Assembly: GCA_964415605.1 (NCBI GenBank)
Contig: CAYQBA010000011.1
Location: 1 to 45,754 of the forward strand
Origin: an uncultured Anaerolineales bacterium
GTDB lineage: Bacteria > Chloroflexota > Anaerolineae > Epilineales > Epilineaceae
Length of the DNA stretch: 45,754 nucleotides
Direction of reading: 5' to 3'
Shown here: in pieces, positions 1 through 10,300 of the stretch
Layout of the letters: every line of letters begins with the position of its first letter
How positions within the stretch are numbered: position 1 is the stretch's first letter
Notes under the pieces: generated by a model
The model's database searches: none
Told to the model about the DNA's origin: nothing
What the model saw: only the letters and a program-made list of their open reading frames with translations
Position numbers and translations under genes: made by a program

Positions 1-2
1 GC

Positions 3-377
3 CGCGACGGGCTGCGCCCGCTCCGCCCGCCGGCCGGCATCGCCGCGGCGGCGGCGCGCCTCGTGCCCGGCGGCTGGCTGGTGATCGAGGTCGCGGGCAC
101 GTGGCGCCACCCGCTGGCGCCCTCCGCCTGGGCCGAGGTGCTGCGCGGCCACGGCCTGGTCGAAACGGCGGCGTTCCTGCATTGGCCGGGCTTCGCGGCG
201 TGCAGCCAGATCGTGCCCGCCGCCGATGCGGGCCCGCTGCGCTGGGCGCTCGAGCGCGGGATCGCCTCGGACTGGCCGCGAAGCGTGGCCCGGCTGCTGG
301 CCCGGCCTGGCGTGGCGGGCCGGCTGACCCCGTGCTTCACGGCCATCGGGCGCAAGCCGGGATGGGGGCCTCCATGA
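3..377 (+). CDS. C-terminal fragment of a probable class I SAM-dependent methyltransferase (5' end outside window)
   Basis: The frame is open from the window edge to TGA 375-377. '...AAAARLVPGGWLVIEV...' resembles the 'L.PGG.L.I' strand of Rossmann-fold methyltransferases. The stop overlaps the next start (ATGA at 374-377). Only about 125 aa are visible. Confidence 0.4.
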   Translation, partial: RDGLRPLRPPAGIAAAAARLVPGGWLVIEVAGTWRHPLAPSAWAEVLRGHGLVETAAFLHWPGFAACSQIVPAADAGPLRWALERGIASDWPRSVARLLARPGVAGRLTPCFTAIGRKPGWGPP

Positions 378-1513
378 GCCTGGTGCTGGACTACCTGGCG
401 GAGCACGGTGACCGGCTCGATCTCGCGCACCACGGCGCCGGCGGGTGCCTGAGCGGGGTCTGGCTGACGCCGCGCTTCCGGGCGTCGAGTCACACCGTGG
501 CGCTCGTGTTCCCCGTAGGCGCCGACGTGCCGGTGCTGGTCGCCAAGGTCCCGCGCCTGCCCGACGCGAGCGGGGCGCTGGCGCGCGAGGCGGCCAGCCT
601 GGCCCGGCTCGCCGATGCCCGCCGGGCGGGCGTGGCGGGCATCCCGGAGATCGTCGCCTTCGACACCTTCCGCGGCTGGCCGATCCTTGTCCAGACGGCC
701 TTGGACGGCCGGGCCTGGGACCGGGGGCAGGTGCGGCGGGACCCGGCGGGCGCGGCAGCGGCCGGCCTGGCGTGGCTGGCGGGGCTGCACCGCGCGACGC
801 GGCGCGGCTACCTGGCCGAGCCGGCGGACTTCGACCGGCTGGTCGAGCGTCCGTTGGCGAACCTGCGGTCCGCAGTGGGCGGCGACCGCGAGATCGTGGA
901 TCTCGTCGAGCGCACGCGCGACCTCGCGGCCCCGCTGCGGACGGCGCCGATGCCGCTCGGGATGGAGCACGGTGATTTCAGCGCACCGAACGTCATGCGG
1001 CTGCGGGCCGGCGGCGTCGGCGTGGTCGACTGGGAGCTGGCCGACCCGCACGGGCTGCCGGCGTGCGATGCGTTCTTCTGGCTGACCTACGTGGCCTTCG
1101 CGCGCGCGGGCCGCCGCGCGGACCGCGACCCGGTGGCGGCCTGGGCGCCGGCGTTCTGGGGCCCGGCGCCGTGGGGCCGATCATCCGTGCGCGCGCATGC
1201 TGCGGCGGTGGGGGTCGAGCCGGCGTGGCTCGCCCCGCTCCTGGCGATGACGTGGGCGCGGTACCTGGCGGGGATCGTCGTGCGCCTGACCGACGCGGCC
1301 CCCGGCCGCGGCGCGGCGGTCGACGCCGGCACGGTGGCATGGCTGCGCGCCCACCGTTACTGCCGGCTCTGGCGGGCGTCGGTCGACGGTGCGGCGGCGC
1401 TGGATTGGGCGGCGGACGACGGGGCGACCGCCCCGGCCGACGGGCCGCTCGACCGGGCACCGGGCGACCCGAGCACGACAAGGGGGAGGACACGATGGCT
1501 TGCGTGGCGTTGA
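374..1513 (+). CDS. Aminoglycoside-phosphotransferase (APH)/protein-kinase-like fold phosphotransferase
   Basis: The internal ATG at 374 overlaps the upstream stop. The Brenner-type catalytic motif 'MEHGDFSAPNVM' is followed by 'VVDWELAD' (Mg-binding D), as in APH/choline-kinase family proteins. A lysine-containing strand 'VLVAKVPR' lies N-terminal. The ORF-track entry 101..1513 is trimmed to the coupled start. Confidence 0.7.
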   Translation: MSLVLDYLAEHGDRLDLAHHGAGGCLSGVWLTPRFRASSHTVALVFPVGADVPVLVAKVPRLPDASGALAREAASLARLADARRAGVAGIPEIVAFDTFRGWPILVQTALDGRAWDRGQVRRDPAGAAAAGLAWLAGLHRATRRGYLAEPADFDRLVERPLANLRSAVGGDREIVDLVERTRDLAAPLRTAPMPLGMEHGDFSAPNVMRLRAGGVGVVDWELADPHGLPACDAFFWLTYVAFARAGRRADRDPVAAWAPAFWGPAPWGRSSVRAHAAAVGVEPAWLAPLLAMTWARYLAGIVVRLTDAAPGRGAAVDAGTVAWLRAHRYCRLWRASVDGAAALDWAADDGATAPADGPLDRAPGDPSTTRGRTRWLAWR

Positions 1514-2250
1514 TCGGCCCCGACGGGGCCGGCAAGACGACCATCGGCCGGCAGCTCGAGCACGCGCTGCCGATGCCGGCGCGCTACCTCTACATGGGGG
1601 TCAACCTCGAGGCCAGCGGCCTGATGCTGCCGACGACGCGCCTGATGCTGATGCTCAAGCGCGCCCGCGGCGGCCGGCCGGACATGGTGCTCTCCACGGC
1701 GCACGGCGAACGGCGGCCGCAGCCGCGCCACCCCGTCAAGCGCCTGGCCGGACGCGTCAAGTCGGCGGTGCGGGTGACCAACTGGCTGGCCGAGGAGTGG
1801 TTCCGACAGATCGTCGCGTGGGCGTGGCAGCGGCGCGGCTACCTCGTGGTGTTCGACCGGCACTTCTTCGCCGACTACCACGCCCATGACGTGGCGGGCA
1901 ACCACCCGCCGTCGCTGGCCCGCCGGCTGCACGGCGCGGTGCTCCGGCGCTACTACCCCCGGCCGTCGCTGGTGGTGTGCCTCGACGCGCCGGCCGAGGT
2001 GCTGTTCGCACGCAAGGGCGAGGGCACGCTGGCCTGGCTCGAGGCCCGGCGCGCCGAATACCTGGCCCTGCACTCGGCCGTCGACGCGTTCGTGGTGGTG
2101 GACGCCAGCCAGCCGCCCGACGCGGTGCTGCGCGACGTGGTCGCCGCCATCACGGCCCACGTGGGTGACCCCATCGCCGCGGCGTCCACGGCGGGAGGCG
2201 GCGCGGGCGAGCCCGCGCCGGCGAGCCGGAGCGAGGCATGCGCCGGCTGA
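1495..2250 (+). CDS. Small P-loop NTPase, thymidylate/nucleoside-kinase-like
   Basis: The ATG at 1495 gives 'MACVALIGPDGAGKTT' (Walker A). 'LVVFDRHF' is a Walker B-like strand. The C-terminal half of the 25294..26613 product is a clear paralogue. The gene overlaps both neighbours (1495/1513 and 2238/2250). Confidence 0.65.
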   Translation: MACVALIGPDGAGKTTIGRQLEHALPMPARYLYMGVNLEASGLMLPTTRLMLMLKRARGGRPDMVLSTAHGERRPQPRHPVKRLAGRVKSAVRVTNWLAEEWFRQIVAWAWQRRGYLVVFDRHFFADYHAHDVAGNHPPSLARRLHGAVLRRYYPRPSLVVCLDAPAEVLFARKGEGTLAWLEARRAEYLALHSAVDAFVVVDASQPPDAVLRDVVAAITAHVGDPIAAASTAGGGAGEPAPASRSEACAG

Positions 2251-3266
2251 TCAAGGACGCGCTGGCGTCGGTGGCCGGCGGCGAGGCGGCGCGCGCGCTG
2301 GCCGGGTGCCTCGCGCGCTTCGACGACGCCCGGCCGAACGTCGTCCGGGTGCTGACGTACCACCGCGTCGACTGGCCGGGCGCGCGCCTGACCCTCAACC
2401 CCCGCCTGATCAGCGCCACGCCCGACGGGTTCGCGGCGCAGATGGCGACGCTGGCCGCGGGCCACCCGGTGGTGGGGTTGTCCGACCTGCTGGCGGCGGC
2501 CCGGGGCGAGGCGCCGCTGCCCCCGGGCGCGGTGCTGGTGACGTTCGACGATGCGTGCCTGGATTTCGCCGAGCACGCCTGGCCGGTCATGCGGCGCCTC
2601 GGGTTGCCGGCGACGCTGTTCGTGCCGACGGCCTACCCGGACGCGCCGCAGCGTGCGTTTTGGTGGGACCGGCTGTATCATGGGCTGTGGTTTGGGCGGT
2701 TTCCAACCGGCCTCGACATCGATGGCCAGCGGCTGCCGTTGGCGACGGACGACGATCGCGCCAGCGCCTACGATCGCCTCGCCCGCCGTGTCAAGGCGCT
2801 GCCGCATGCGACGGCCATGGAGCTCGTCGACGCGGTGTGCGCGGCGGCGGACCTGGACGGCGGTGGCCCCGAGCCGGCCGTGCTGGGCTGGGCGGCGCTG
2901 CGCGCGCTGGCGGCCGAGGGCGTGGCGCTGGCCCCGCATACCCGCACCCACCCCCTGCTCCAGCGGCTGCCGCCGGCGGGGGCCGAAGCCGAGATTGCCG
3001 GATCGATGGCCGACCTCGCACGCGAGATCGGCGCGTCGCCGCCGGCGCTGGCGTATCCGGACGGTGGGTACGATGCCGGCACCCTGGCGGCGGCGCGGTC
3101 GGCCGGCATCGAGGTCGCGTTCACCACGCGGTCGGGCGTGAACCGGGTGGACCGCCTCGACGCGCCAGGCCGATTGCGGCTGCGGCGGATCAACGTGGGC
3201 CGGCGGGTCACGCCGGCCGTCCTGAAGGCGCGGCTGGTGGCGTGGCCGCTGCGAAGCGCCGGCTAA
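2238..3266 (+). CDS. Polysaccharide deacetylase (NodB-homology, CE4-like)
   Basis: 'VLTYHRV' and 'VLVTFDDA' (the TFDD metal/catalytic motif) are present, along with 'HTRTHPLL' and 'LAYPDGGYD', in the order typical of NodB-domain deacetylases. Confidence 0.8.
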   Translation: MRRLIKDALASVAGGEAARALAGCLARFDDARPNVVRVLTYHRVDWPGARLTLNPRLISATPDGFAAQMATLAAGHPVVGLSDLLAAARGEAPLPPGAVLVTFDDACLDFAEHAWPVMRRLGLPATLFVPTAYPDAPQRAFWWDRLYHGLWFGRFPTGLDIDGQRLPLATDDDRASAYDRLARRVKALPHATAMELVDAVCAAADLDGGGPEPAVLGWAALRALAAEGVALAPHTRTHPLLQRLPPAGAEAEIAGSMADLAREIGASPPALAYPDGGYDAGTLAAARSAGIEVAFTTRSGVNRVDRLDAPGRLRLRRINVGRRVTPAVLKARLVAWPLRSAG

Positions 3267-3283
3267 AGAGGAGCCTCTCCATC

Positions 3284-4228
3284 GTGCGAATCCTGATCAT
3301 CAGCCCCGTCGACCCGGACGCCATCGCGCGGCTGCGCGAGCGGCACGACGTGGTATGTGCCTTCAATGCCGACGCCGCGACGCTGCGCGAGCGGATCGTC
3401 GACCGCGAAGCCGTGATCCTGCGCAGCGGCGTCAAGCTGGACGCGGCGGCGATGGGGAGCGCGCCGGACCTTCGGCTGGTCGTCCGCGCCGGGTCCGGCA
3501 CCGACAACATCGACCTCGACCACCTCGCGGCGCGCGGCATCACGCTCGTGCGGGTGCCCGAGCCCGGCGCCCAGGCGGTCGCCGAGCTGACGTTCGCCTT
3601 GATGCTCGCGCTGGCGCGCGGGGTGCGCGTGGCCGACGCCCAGCTCCGGCAGGGCCACTGGGCGAAGTACGAGATCGAGGGCCGGTTGATCAGCGGCAAG
3701 GTTCTTGGCGTCGTCGGGGCCGGCAACATCGGCCGGCGGGTGGGACAGATTGGGGCGGCGCTCGGCATGCAGCCCCTGGGGTGCGTCGAACACCCGACGC
3801 CCGAGGCCGTGGCGGCGCTCGAACGGGCGGGGATGACGCTGGCGCCCTTCGACCGGGTGGTGGCCGAGGCCGATTTCTTGACGCTTCACGTACCTTTAAC
3901 GCCGTCTACGCGTTATATAGTCGGTTCAGACGTGCTGGCCCGGGTGAAGCCGGGCGCGTTCCTTGTCAACATGGCCCGGGGGGGCGTGGTCGACGAAGCC
4001 GCGCTGCACGCCGCGCTCGTGCGCGGCGATCGGCTGCGCGGCGCGGCGCTCGACGTGCACGAGCAGGAGGGCGAGGGCAAGCGGTCGCCGTTGGCGGACC
4101 TGCCCAACGTGATCCTGACGCCGCACATCGGCGCCAGCACTGTCGACACCCAGCGCCAGATCGGCGAGCGGGTCGTGGCAATCGTCGAGCAGCACGCCGG
4201 GGCGATGTCGGTGGCCGTGCCGGCATGA
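3284..4228 (+). CDS. D-isomer-specific 2-hydroxyacid dehydrogenase, D-3-phosphoglycerate-dehydrogenase (SerA)-like
   Basis: A GTG start at 3284 lies 10 nt after AAGAGGAG. The NAD-binding motif 'GVVGAGNIGRRVG' is present, together with 'VRAGSGTDNIDL', 'LVNMARGGVVDE' and 'LTPHIGAST' (the catalytic His region). The ORF-track entry 1886..4228 is a composite; only its last 314 codons are this gene. Confidence 0.85.
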   Translation: MRILIISPVDPDAIARLRERHDVVCAFNADAATLRERIVDREAVILRSGVKLDAAAMGSAPDLRLVVRAGSGTDNIDLDHLAARGITLVRVPEPGAQAVAELTFALMLALARGVRVADAQLRQGHWAKYEIEGRLISGKVLGVVGAGNIGRRVGQIGAALGMQPLGCVEHPTPEAVAALERAGMTLAPFDRVVAEADFLTLHVPLTPSTRYIVGSDVLARVKPGAFLVNMARGGVVDEAALHAALVRGDRLRGAALDVHEQEGEGKRSPLADLPNVILTPHIGASTVDTQRQIGERVVAIVEQHAGAMSVAVPA

Positions 4229-4229
4229 G

Positions 4230-4250
4230 GGCGTTGCGGTGCGCAACGCC
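4230..4250 (+). terminator. Small GC hairpin just after the dehydrogenase stop (possible weak terminator or attenuator)
   Basis: ggcgttgcg (4230-4238) pairs with cgcaacgcc (4242-4250) around a 3-nt loop. No U-tract follows. Confidence 0.25.
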
Positions 4251-4294
4251 GTCCCGCGGGTGGGTTCCGCAGCAGACGCGGATGGAGAGAGAAC

Positions 4295-7186
4295 ATGATG
4301 CGATCGCTTGATGCCCGGCGCCACCGGCGCGGGGGCCTGTCGTTCTTGGGTGCGGTGCTCGGCTTGGGGCTGGTGCTCGCGGCGCAGCTCTATTGGATTT
4401 CCCCGACCCGGGCGTCGACGCCGATCTCGGCGGGCTACCTCGGCGCCAACTTCCCGGCGGCCACGGCGGGCAACGGCGACGCCACCGCCGAGAAGCCCGA
4501 AAGCAAGCTGTGGTACAACGACGGCCTCTGGTGGGCGGTGATGTACCACCAGCCGGCGAGCGAGTTCCGGATCTTCAAGCTGGATTGGGCCACGCAGGAC
4601 TGGGTGGCGACGGCCACCGCCGTCGACACGCGCATCAACACCCGGGCGGACGCCCTGTGGGACGGCACGAAGCTCTACATCGTCTCGCACGTCTTTCAGC
4701 AAAACGGTGGTCTGACGGCACCCGCCGGCGAGCGCGGCCAGCTCTACCGCTACAGCTACGACTCGGGCGCCAAGACCTACGCGCTGGACAGCGGCTTCCC
4801 GGTCGAGGTCAACGACGCCAAGTCCGAGACGCTGGTGCTGGCCAAGGACTCGACGGGCAAGCTGTGGGTGACGTACACGATGAGCGACACGCTCGGTATC
4901 CGAGTGGTCGTCAACCGGTCGGTCGGCGGCGACGATGCCACGTGGGGCACGCCCTATGACATCGGCACGACCAAGTCCAGCGGCTTGATCGACGACGACA
5001 TCTCGTCGATCGTCGCGTTCGGCGGCGACAAGGTCGGCGTCGTGTGGAGCCGGCAGGCACCGGGCGAACGCCGGTTCTACATTGCCGTTCACAACGACTC
5101 GGACCCCGAGACGACGTGGACCGAGGCGCTGATCTACAGCGTCTCGTCCGACGACCACCTCCAGCTTCACAACCTGGTTTCCGACAGCGCCGGGAGCATC
5201 TTCGCGGTCGTCAAGACGTCGTCGTCGGCCAACCTGATCAAGCTGCTGAAGTGCAACGCCGGGACGAGCTGCGCCAACGCCACGGACTGGACCAACGCCA
5301 CGATATGGACCAACGCCGAGGGGAGCCCGACGCGCCCGAACATGCTCATCGACACCGAGAACCGTACGATCTACGTGTTCGCGTGCGTGCTCGACGGCAC
5401 CAACCGCGGCGTCTACTACAAGACATCGAGCCTGGACACGATCGCGTTCCCGTCGGGGCTCGGCACACCGTTCATCGCCGACGCCGCCTATTCCCAGATC
5501 AACGACCCGACGACGACCAAGCAAAACGTCAACGGCACCACCAACCTCGTGGTGCTGGCCAGCGATACGTCGGCGCACAAGTACTTCCACAATGTGATCG
5601 ACCTGACCGGCGGGGGGCCGACGGCGGCACCGACGGCGACCACCGCGCCGACCAGCACGCCGACGGCGACCGACACCCCGACCACCCCCGCGACCGCCGT
5701 TCCGACGGCGACCGCGACCCATACGGCGACCGCGACGAACGGCCCGACCGCGACGCGGACCAGCACCGCGACGACCGGCCCGACCGCGCCGGCGACGACC
5801 ACGCCGACGCCCGCATCGGTCATCACGTTGCACCCCATCCACGACGCCCAGGTCAAGAGCACGTCGCCGACGAGCAACTACGGCAGCCTGAACACGCTCC
5901 GCATGCGCTCGACCGACCCGGCGTACAACAGCTTCCTGAAGTTCAACGTGACGGGCATCGGCTCCACCGTCCAATCCGCCGTCCTGCGCCTGTACGTCAC
6001 GGATGCCAGCAACTCCGGCGGGTCGATCTACGTCGTCTCCAACGACTACCTCAACACCACCACGCCGTGGGTGGAGAGCGGCATCAAGTACAACAACGCT
6101 CCGGCGATCGGCGGCACGGTGCTTGATACCAAGGGTACGGTCGGCACCAACACTTGGGTGGAGTTCAACGTGACGGCCGCGGTCACCGGCAACGGCATCA
6201 TCAGCTTCGGGCTGGTCAACGGGACCACCGACAGCGTGCTGTTCAACTCCAAGGAGGCGACGACGAACAAGCCCGAGCTGGTGATCGCCATCGGCTCCGG
6301 CACGCTGGTCCCCACGGCCACGGCGACGCACACGGCCACGGCGTTGCCGACCAGCACGCCCACCGCGACGGCCGTCCCCACGAACACCCCCGTGCCGACC
6401 AGCACGTCGACGCACACGGCCACGGCGACACCGGCCAACACCTCCACGCCCACCGACACACCGACCGCCGGTCCTTCGCCGACGCCGACAAACACGCCGA
6501 CGCCGACCGACACGTCAACGCCGACGAACACCCCGGCAGCGACCCATACGCCGACGCCGACGAACACCCCGGCGGCGACCCATACGCCGACACCGACGAA
6601 CACCCCGGGCTCGACGACCGCGACGCCGGCGGCGCCAACGACGTTCGGGGCGAGCGCCGACGCCCGTGTCAGCAGCGCGGCGCCCAGCACGAACGCCGGC
6701 GGCAGCACGTATCTGCGCCTGCGGGCCGCGTCGGGTGACAACTACCACACCTACCTCAAGTTCAACGTCACCGGGCTCAGCGGCACCGTGACCAGCGCCA
6801 AGGTACGGCTGTTCGTCTACGACGGCGGGCCGAGCGGAGGCTCGATCTACCCGGTCGCCGACACCGCCTGGACCGAAAACGGCATCAACTGGAACAACAA
6901 GCCGGCCTTCAGCGGCGGCGCCCTGAGCACCGTCGGCAACGTACCCAACAACACGTGGGCCGAGTACGACGTGACCGGCGGCGTCTCCGGCAACGGCATG
7001 CACAGCTTCGGGATCGCCAACACCGACTCCAACAGCATCTACATGCGCTCCCGGGAAGCCGCCGACCACAAGCCGGAGTTGGTCATCCAGACCACCGGCG
7101 GCTGGCTGTGGGCCATCAACGCGCCACCGCCCGCCGTGCAGCCCATCCCGATGCCGCGCGACCGTCAGCTCGGCCGACTGTGGTGA
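4295..7186 (+). CDS. Secreted multidomain protein: unassigned beta-propeller-like head + PT linkers + 2 DNRLRE-type modules
   Basis: GGAGAG RBS and ATG 4295. Signal peptide '[22 protein letters not shown]'. The head of about 430 aa shows repeated strand-like motifs ('[13 protein letters not shown]','LYIVSH','LYRYSYD','KLWVTYT','VGVVWSR','FYIAVHND','IFAVVKTS','IYVFACV','VYYKTS'). Two modules of about 150 aa lie at approximately 5818-6290 and 6641-7093, with 'HDAQVKS.SP.SNYG...LR.RS....Y.S.LKF.V.G......A.LRL.V........V.....W.E....NNAP...G.....W.E.DV..AV.GNG..SF.L......V...S.E....PELV'. Confidence 0.85.
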   Translation: MMRSLDARRHRRGGLSFLGAVLGLGLVLAAQLYWISPTRASTPISAGYLGANFPAATAGNGDATAEKPESKLWYNDGLWWAVMYHQPASEFRIFKLDWATQDWVATATAVDTRINTRADALWDGTKLYIVSHVFQQNGGLTAPAGERGQLYRYSYDSGAKTYALDSGFPVEVNDAKSETLVLAKDSTGKLWVTYTMSDTLGIRVVVNRSVGGDDATWGTPYDIGTTKSSGLIDDDISSIVAFGGDKVGVVWSRQAPGERRFYIAVHNDSDPETTWTEALIYSVSSDDHLQLHNLVSDSAGSIFAVVKTSSSANLIKLLKCNAGTSCANATDWTNATIWTNAEGSPTRPNMLIDTENRTIYVFACVLDGTNRGVYYKTSSLDTIAFPSGLGTPFIADAAYSQINDPTTTKQNVNGTTNLVVLASDTSAHKYFHNVIDLTGGGPTAAPTATTAPTSTPTATDTPTTPATAVPTATATHTATATNGPTATRTSTATTGPTAPATTTPTPASVITLHPIHDAQVKSTSPTSNYGSLNTLRMRSTDPAYNSFLKFNVTGIGSTVQSAVLRLYVTDASNSGGSIYVVSNDYLNTTTPWVESGIKYNNAPAIGGTVLDTKGTVGTNTWVEFNVTAAVTGNGIISFGLVNGTTDSVLFNSKEATTNKPELVIAIGSGTLVPTATATHTATALPTSTPTATAVPTNTPVPTSTSTHTATATPANTSTPTDTPTAGPSPTPTNTPTPTDTSTPTNTPAATHTPTPTNTPAATHTPTPTNTPGSTTATPAAPTTFGASADARVSSAAPSTNAGGSTYLRLRAASGDNYHTYLKFNVTGLSGTVTSAKVRLFVYDGGPSGGSIYPVADTAWTENGINWNNKPAFSGGALSTVGNVPNNTWAEYDVTGGVSGNGMHSFGIANTDSNSIYMRSREAADHKPELVIQTTGGWLWAINAPPPAVQPIPMPRDRQLGRLW
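5611..5817 (+). repeat. Pro/Thr/Ala-rich low-complexity linker (coding)
   Basis: '[70 protein letters not shown]'. Confidence 0.7.
6301..6640 (+). repeat. Pro/Thr-rich linker (coding) containing a direct 36-bp duplication
   Basis: '...[34 protein letters not shown]...'. The unit acgaacaccccggc.gcgacccatacgccgac.ccg occurs twice in tandem around 6520-6600. Confidence 0.7.
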
Positions 7187-7248
7187 GCGTGCGCCTCACC
7201 CGGTGCCGCCCCGACGTCACCGCGATGACGCCGATGGCGTGAGAACTG

Positions 7249-7289
7249 CCCCGGCAGCGGTGCGCCCGAAGGGTGCGCCGCTGCCGGGG
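7249..7289 (+). terminator. Strong intrinsic-terminator-like hairpin between the two tandem paralogues
   Basis: ccccggcagcggtgcgccc (7249-7267), loop gaa, gggtgcgccgctgccgggg (7271-7289). This is a 19-bp stem with two G.U wobbles, followed by the T-containing tail cctgTTaTTggcTTcg. Confidence 0.6.
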
Positions 7290-7326
7290 CCTGTTATTGG
7301 CTTCGCAAGAGATTGAAGGTGACCCC

Positions 7327-10300
7327 ATGCCCTCGGACCATCGCACTTCCCGCTCCGCCGATCGCCGCTCGCTGATCTGCGCGGCGCTTTCCGTGGCCCT
7401 TGCCGTGGCCGCCGCGCTCTCGGCCGGGCCGCCGACGCCCGTGACGGCCTCCACGCCCATCGACGTCGGCTACCGCGACTTCACCTACCCGAGCAACCTG
7501 GCGACGAACGGCGACGCGACCGCCGAGAAGCCCGAGAGCAAGCTGTGGTACAACGACGGGCTCTGGTGGGCGGTGATGTGGAAGACCGCGGCGAGCAGCT
7601 ACCGGATCTATCGGTTCGACGCCGCCACCCAGGACTGGATCGACACCGGCACCAACGTCGACAACCGGGTGGCGTCGCGGGGGGACGTGCTCTGGGAGAA
7701 CAACAAGCTTTACGTGGCGTCGCAGATGGTCGACCTCAACGGTGGGAGCATCGCCTCGGCCGGGCAGCGCGCGCAGCTCTATCGCTACAGCTACGACGCG
7801 GGCACGAAGACCTACGCGCTGGACTCGGGCTTTCCGGTCGAGATCAACGACGCCCGCTCCGAGACCATCGTCCTGGCCCGGGACTCGGCCGGCAAGCTGT
7901 GGATCACCTATACACAGGGCGGGAAGGTCAGGGTCAACCGCTCGCTGAACGGGGACGACGCCTCGTGGGGCACACCGTTTGACCTCGGGACCGCGCACGC
8001 CTCGAACATCAACTCCGACGACGTGTCGTCGATCGTGGCCTACGACGGCAACAAGGTCGGCATCCTCTGGAGCAACCAGTCGGTGGGCTCGGACTTCTTC
8101 TACGCCGTGCACAACGATGGCGACGCCGACACCACGTGGACCGAGGCCACCATCTACACGCCGTCCACCGACGACCACATCAACATCAAGACGCTGCGAG
8201 CGGACAATGCCGGGAACGTGTTCGCGATGTGCAAGACGTCGGCGTCCGCGGCCCTCATCATCCTCCTGAAGTGCGCCGCCGGCACCAACTGCGCATCCCA
8301 GTCCAACTGGTCGGCCTACACGGTGTACACCGGCAACGACGGGAGCCCGACCCGGCCGCAAATGCTTATCGACACCGACAACCGCGACATCTACGTGTTT
8401 GCCAGCATCCAGGTCAACGGCAAGCGCGGCATCCACTACAAGGTGTCGGACCTGGACAACATCGCGTTCCCGTCGGGGAACGGCACCGCGTTCATCCGCC
8501 ACAGCACGAACAACAGCATCAACGACCCGACCACGACCAAGCAAAACGTCAACGGCGCCACCGACATCGTCATCCTGGCCAGCGATACCGGCGCCAACGC
8601 CTACTTCCACAACACCCTTAACATCGGCCCGCCGCCGACGGCGACGCACACGCCGACGTTCGGCCCGTCCCCGACGCCGACGAACACGTTCACGCCGTCG
8701 GTCACGCCCACGCCGTCTGACACCGCGACGGCGACGGCGACCCGGACGCCGACCCCGACGCGGACGCCGACCTCGACGCCGGGCCCGTCCGCGACGCCAG
8801 GGCCGTCGCCGACGCCGACCATCACGCCGACGCCTGCGCCGACGGCGAGCTTCACGGCGGTCCACGACGCGTACGTCAAGAGCTCCTCGCCCACCAGCAA
8901 CTACGGGCTGGACACGTCGCTCCGGCTGCGCAGCGGCGATCCGCTCTACACCAGCCGGCTCAAGTTCGAGGTCACGGGGGTCACGAGCACGATCACCGGC
9001 GCCAAGCTCCGGCTGTTCGTCACCGATGCCGGCCCCGACGGCGGCGCGGTTTACAGCGTCTCCAACGACTACCTGAACACCGGTACGCCGTGGGTCGAGA
9101 GCGGCATCCACTTCAACAACGCCCCGGCGGTCACCGGGTCGCCCCTGAGCACGGCGGGCAGCGTCGCGCAGAACACCTGGATCGAGCTTGACGTCAGCGC
9201 GGCGGTGACGGGGAACGGCACGTTCAGCTTCGCGCTCGTCAGCAATTCGACCAACAGCGTGCTCTACAGCTCGCGCAACGCCGCGACCAACCACCCGGAG
9301 CTCGTGCTGACCCTGGCCGACGTGACGCCGAGCGTGACGCCCACGCCATCGAACACCCCGACGCCATCGAACACCCCGACGCCGTCGTCGACGCCAACCG
9401 AAACCCTGACGCCGAGCGTGACACCCACGCCGTCCGACACGCCGACGCCGAGCGTGACGCCGACGGCGTCGAACACGCCGACGCCGTCGGACACGCCACC
9501 GCCGACCGACACGCCCACCGCAACGCAGACGCCAAGCGTGACGCCCACGCCGTCCGACACGCCGATCCCGTCGGATACGCCGACGGCGAGCGCGACGCCC
9601 ACGCAGGCGCCGATCGTCACGTTCGGCGCCGCGCACGACGCGCAGGTCAAGAGCTCGTCGCCCAACACCAACTACGGCACCGACGCCGCTTTCCGGCTGC
9701 GCAGCGGATCGCCGCTGTACGCCAGCTACCTCAAGTTCGACGTCACGGGGTTGAGCGGTTCGGTGATCAGCGCCAAGATCCGTTTGTTCGTGACCGACGC
9801 CAGCAATCAGGGCGGCGCGATCCGCGTCGTCTCCAACGACTACCTCAACACCACGACGCCGTGGGTGGAGACCGGCCTCACGTTCAACAACGCCCCGACG
9901 ATCTCCGGCACCCCGCTGAGCTCGGTCGGGGCCGTGAGCCAGAACACGTGGGTGGAGTTCGACGTGAGCGCGGCGGTCACCGGCAACGGCACGTACAGCT
10001 TCGGGCTGGACAGCACGTCGACGGACAGCACGATCTACAGCTCGCGCAACGCGACCTCCAACCAGCCGCAGCTCGTGGTCACGGTGGGCGACGTCACCCC
10101 GAGCGCGACGCCGACGCCGTCGGACACCCCGACCCCGTCGAGCACACCCACCGACACCTTGACGCCGAGCGTGACGCCGACACCGTCGGATACCCCGACG
10201 CCGTCCGTCACCCCCACGCCGTCCGACACCCCGCCGCCGAGCGCTACGCCGACCGCGTCGGACACCCCGACGCCGTCGAGCACGCCCTCCGCCACCGCGA

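Noticed and set aside
1886-4228. 780-aa ORF that looks like one large protein.
   Set aside because: It is a composite. The first ~465 codons are an Arg/Ala/Pro-rich out-of-frame shadow of the P-loop kinase and deacetylase genes. Only the last 314 codons, from GTG 3284 behind AAGAGGAG, form the dehydrogenase.
5488-5877. Gly/Val-rich small ORFs antisense to PT linkers (also 6046..6741, 8601..8900, 9264..9671, 10035..10349, 34830..35894) as possible glycine-rich secreted peptides.
   Set aside because: They are the reverse-complement reading of ACN/CCN codon runs (Thr/Pro becomes Gly/Val). They exist only where a PT linker exists and have no independent start signals.
3926-6415. 829-aa ORF on the minus strand, antisense to the first giant secreted-protein gene. 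Similar giants lie at 7294..10317(-), 13466..16585(-), 31313..34450(+), 35794..37692(-) and 38822..41890(+).
   Set aside because: These are stop-poor shadow frames, expected in very GC-rich DNA. Their products are Arg/Gly/Ala/Pro/Val-rich with no recognisable motifs. The opposite strand in each case encodes a protein with clear domain signatures, a signal peptide and an RBS.
7273-7326. Upstream ATG (7273) as the start of the second giant gene, and ATG 34465 as the start of the NHL/DNRLRE gene.
   Set aside because: 7273 lies inside the right arm of the terminator hairpin (7249-7289). 34465 lies inside the divergent TTGACA/TAAGAT promoter. The downstream ATGs (7327 and 34351) give proper n-region plus hydrophobic signal peptides.
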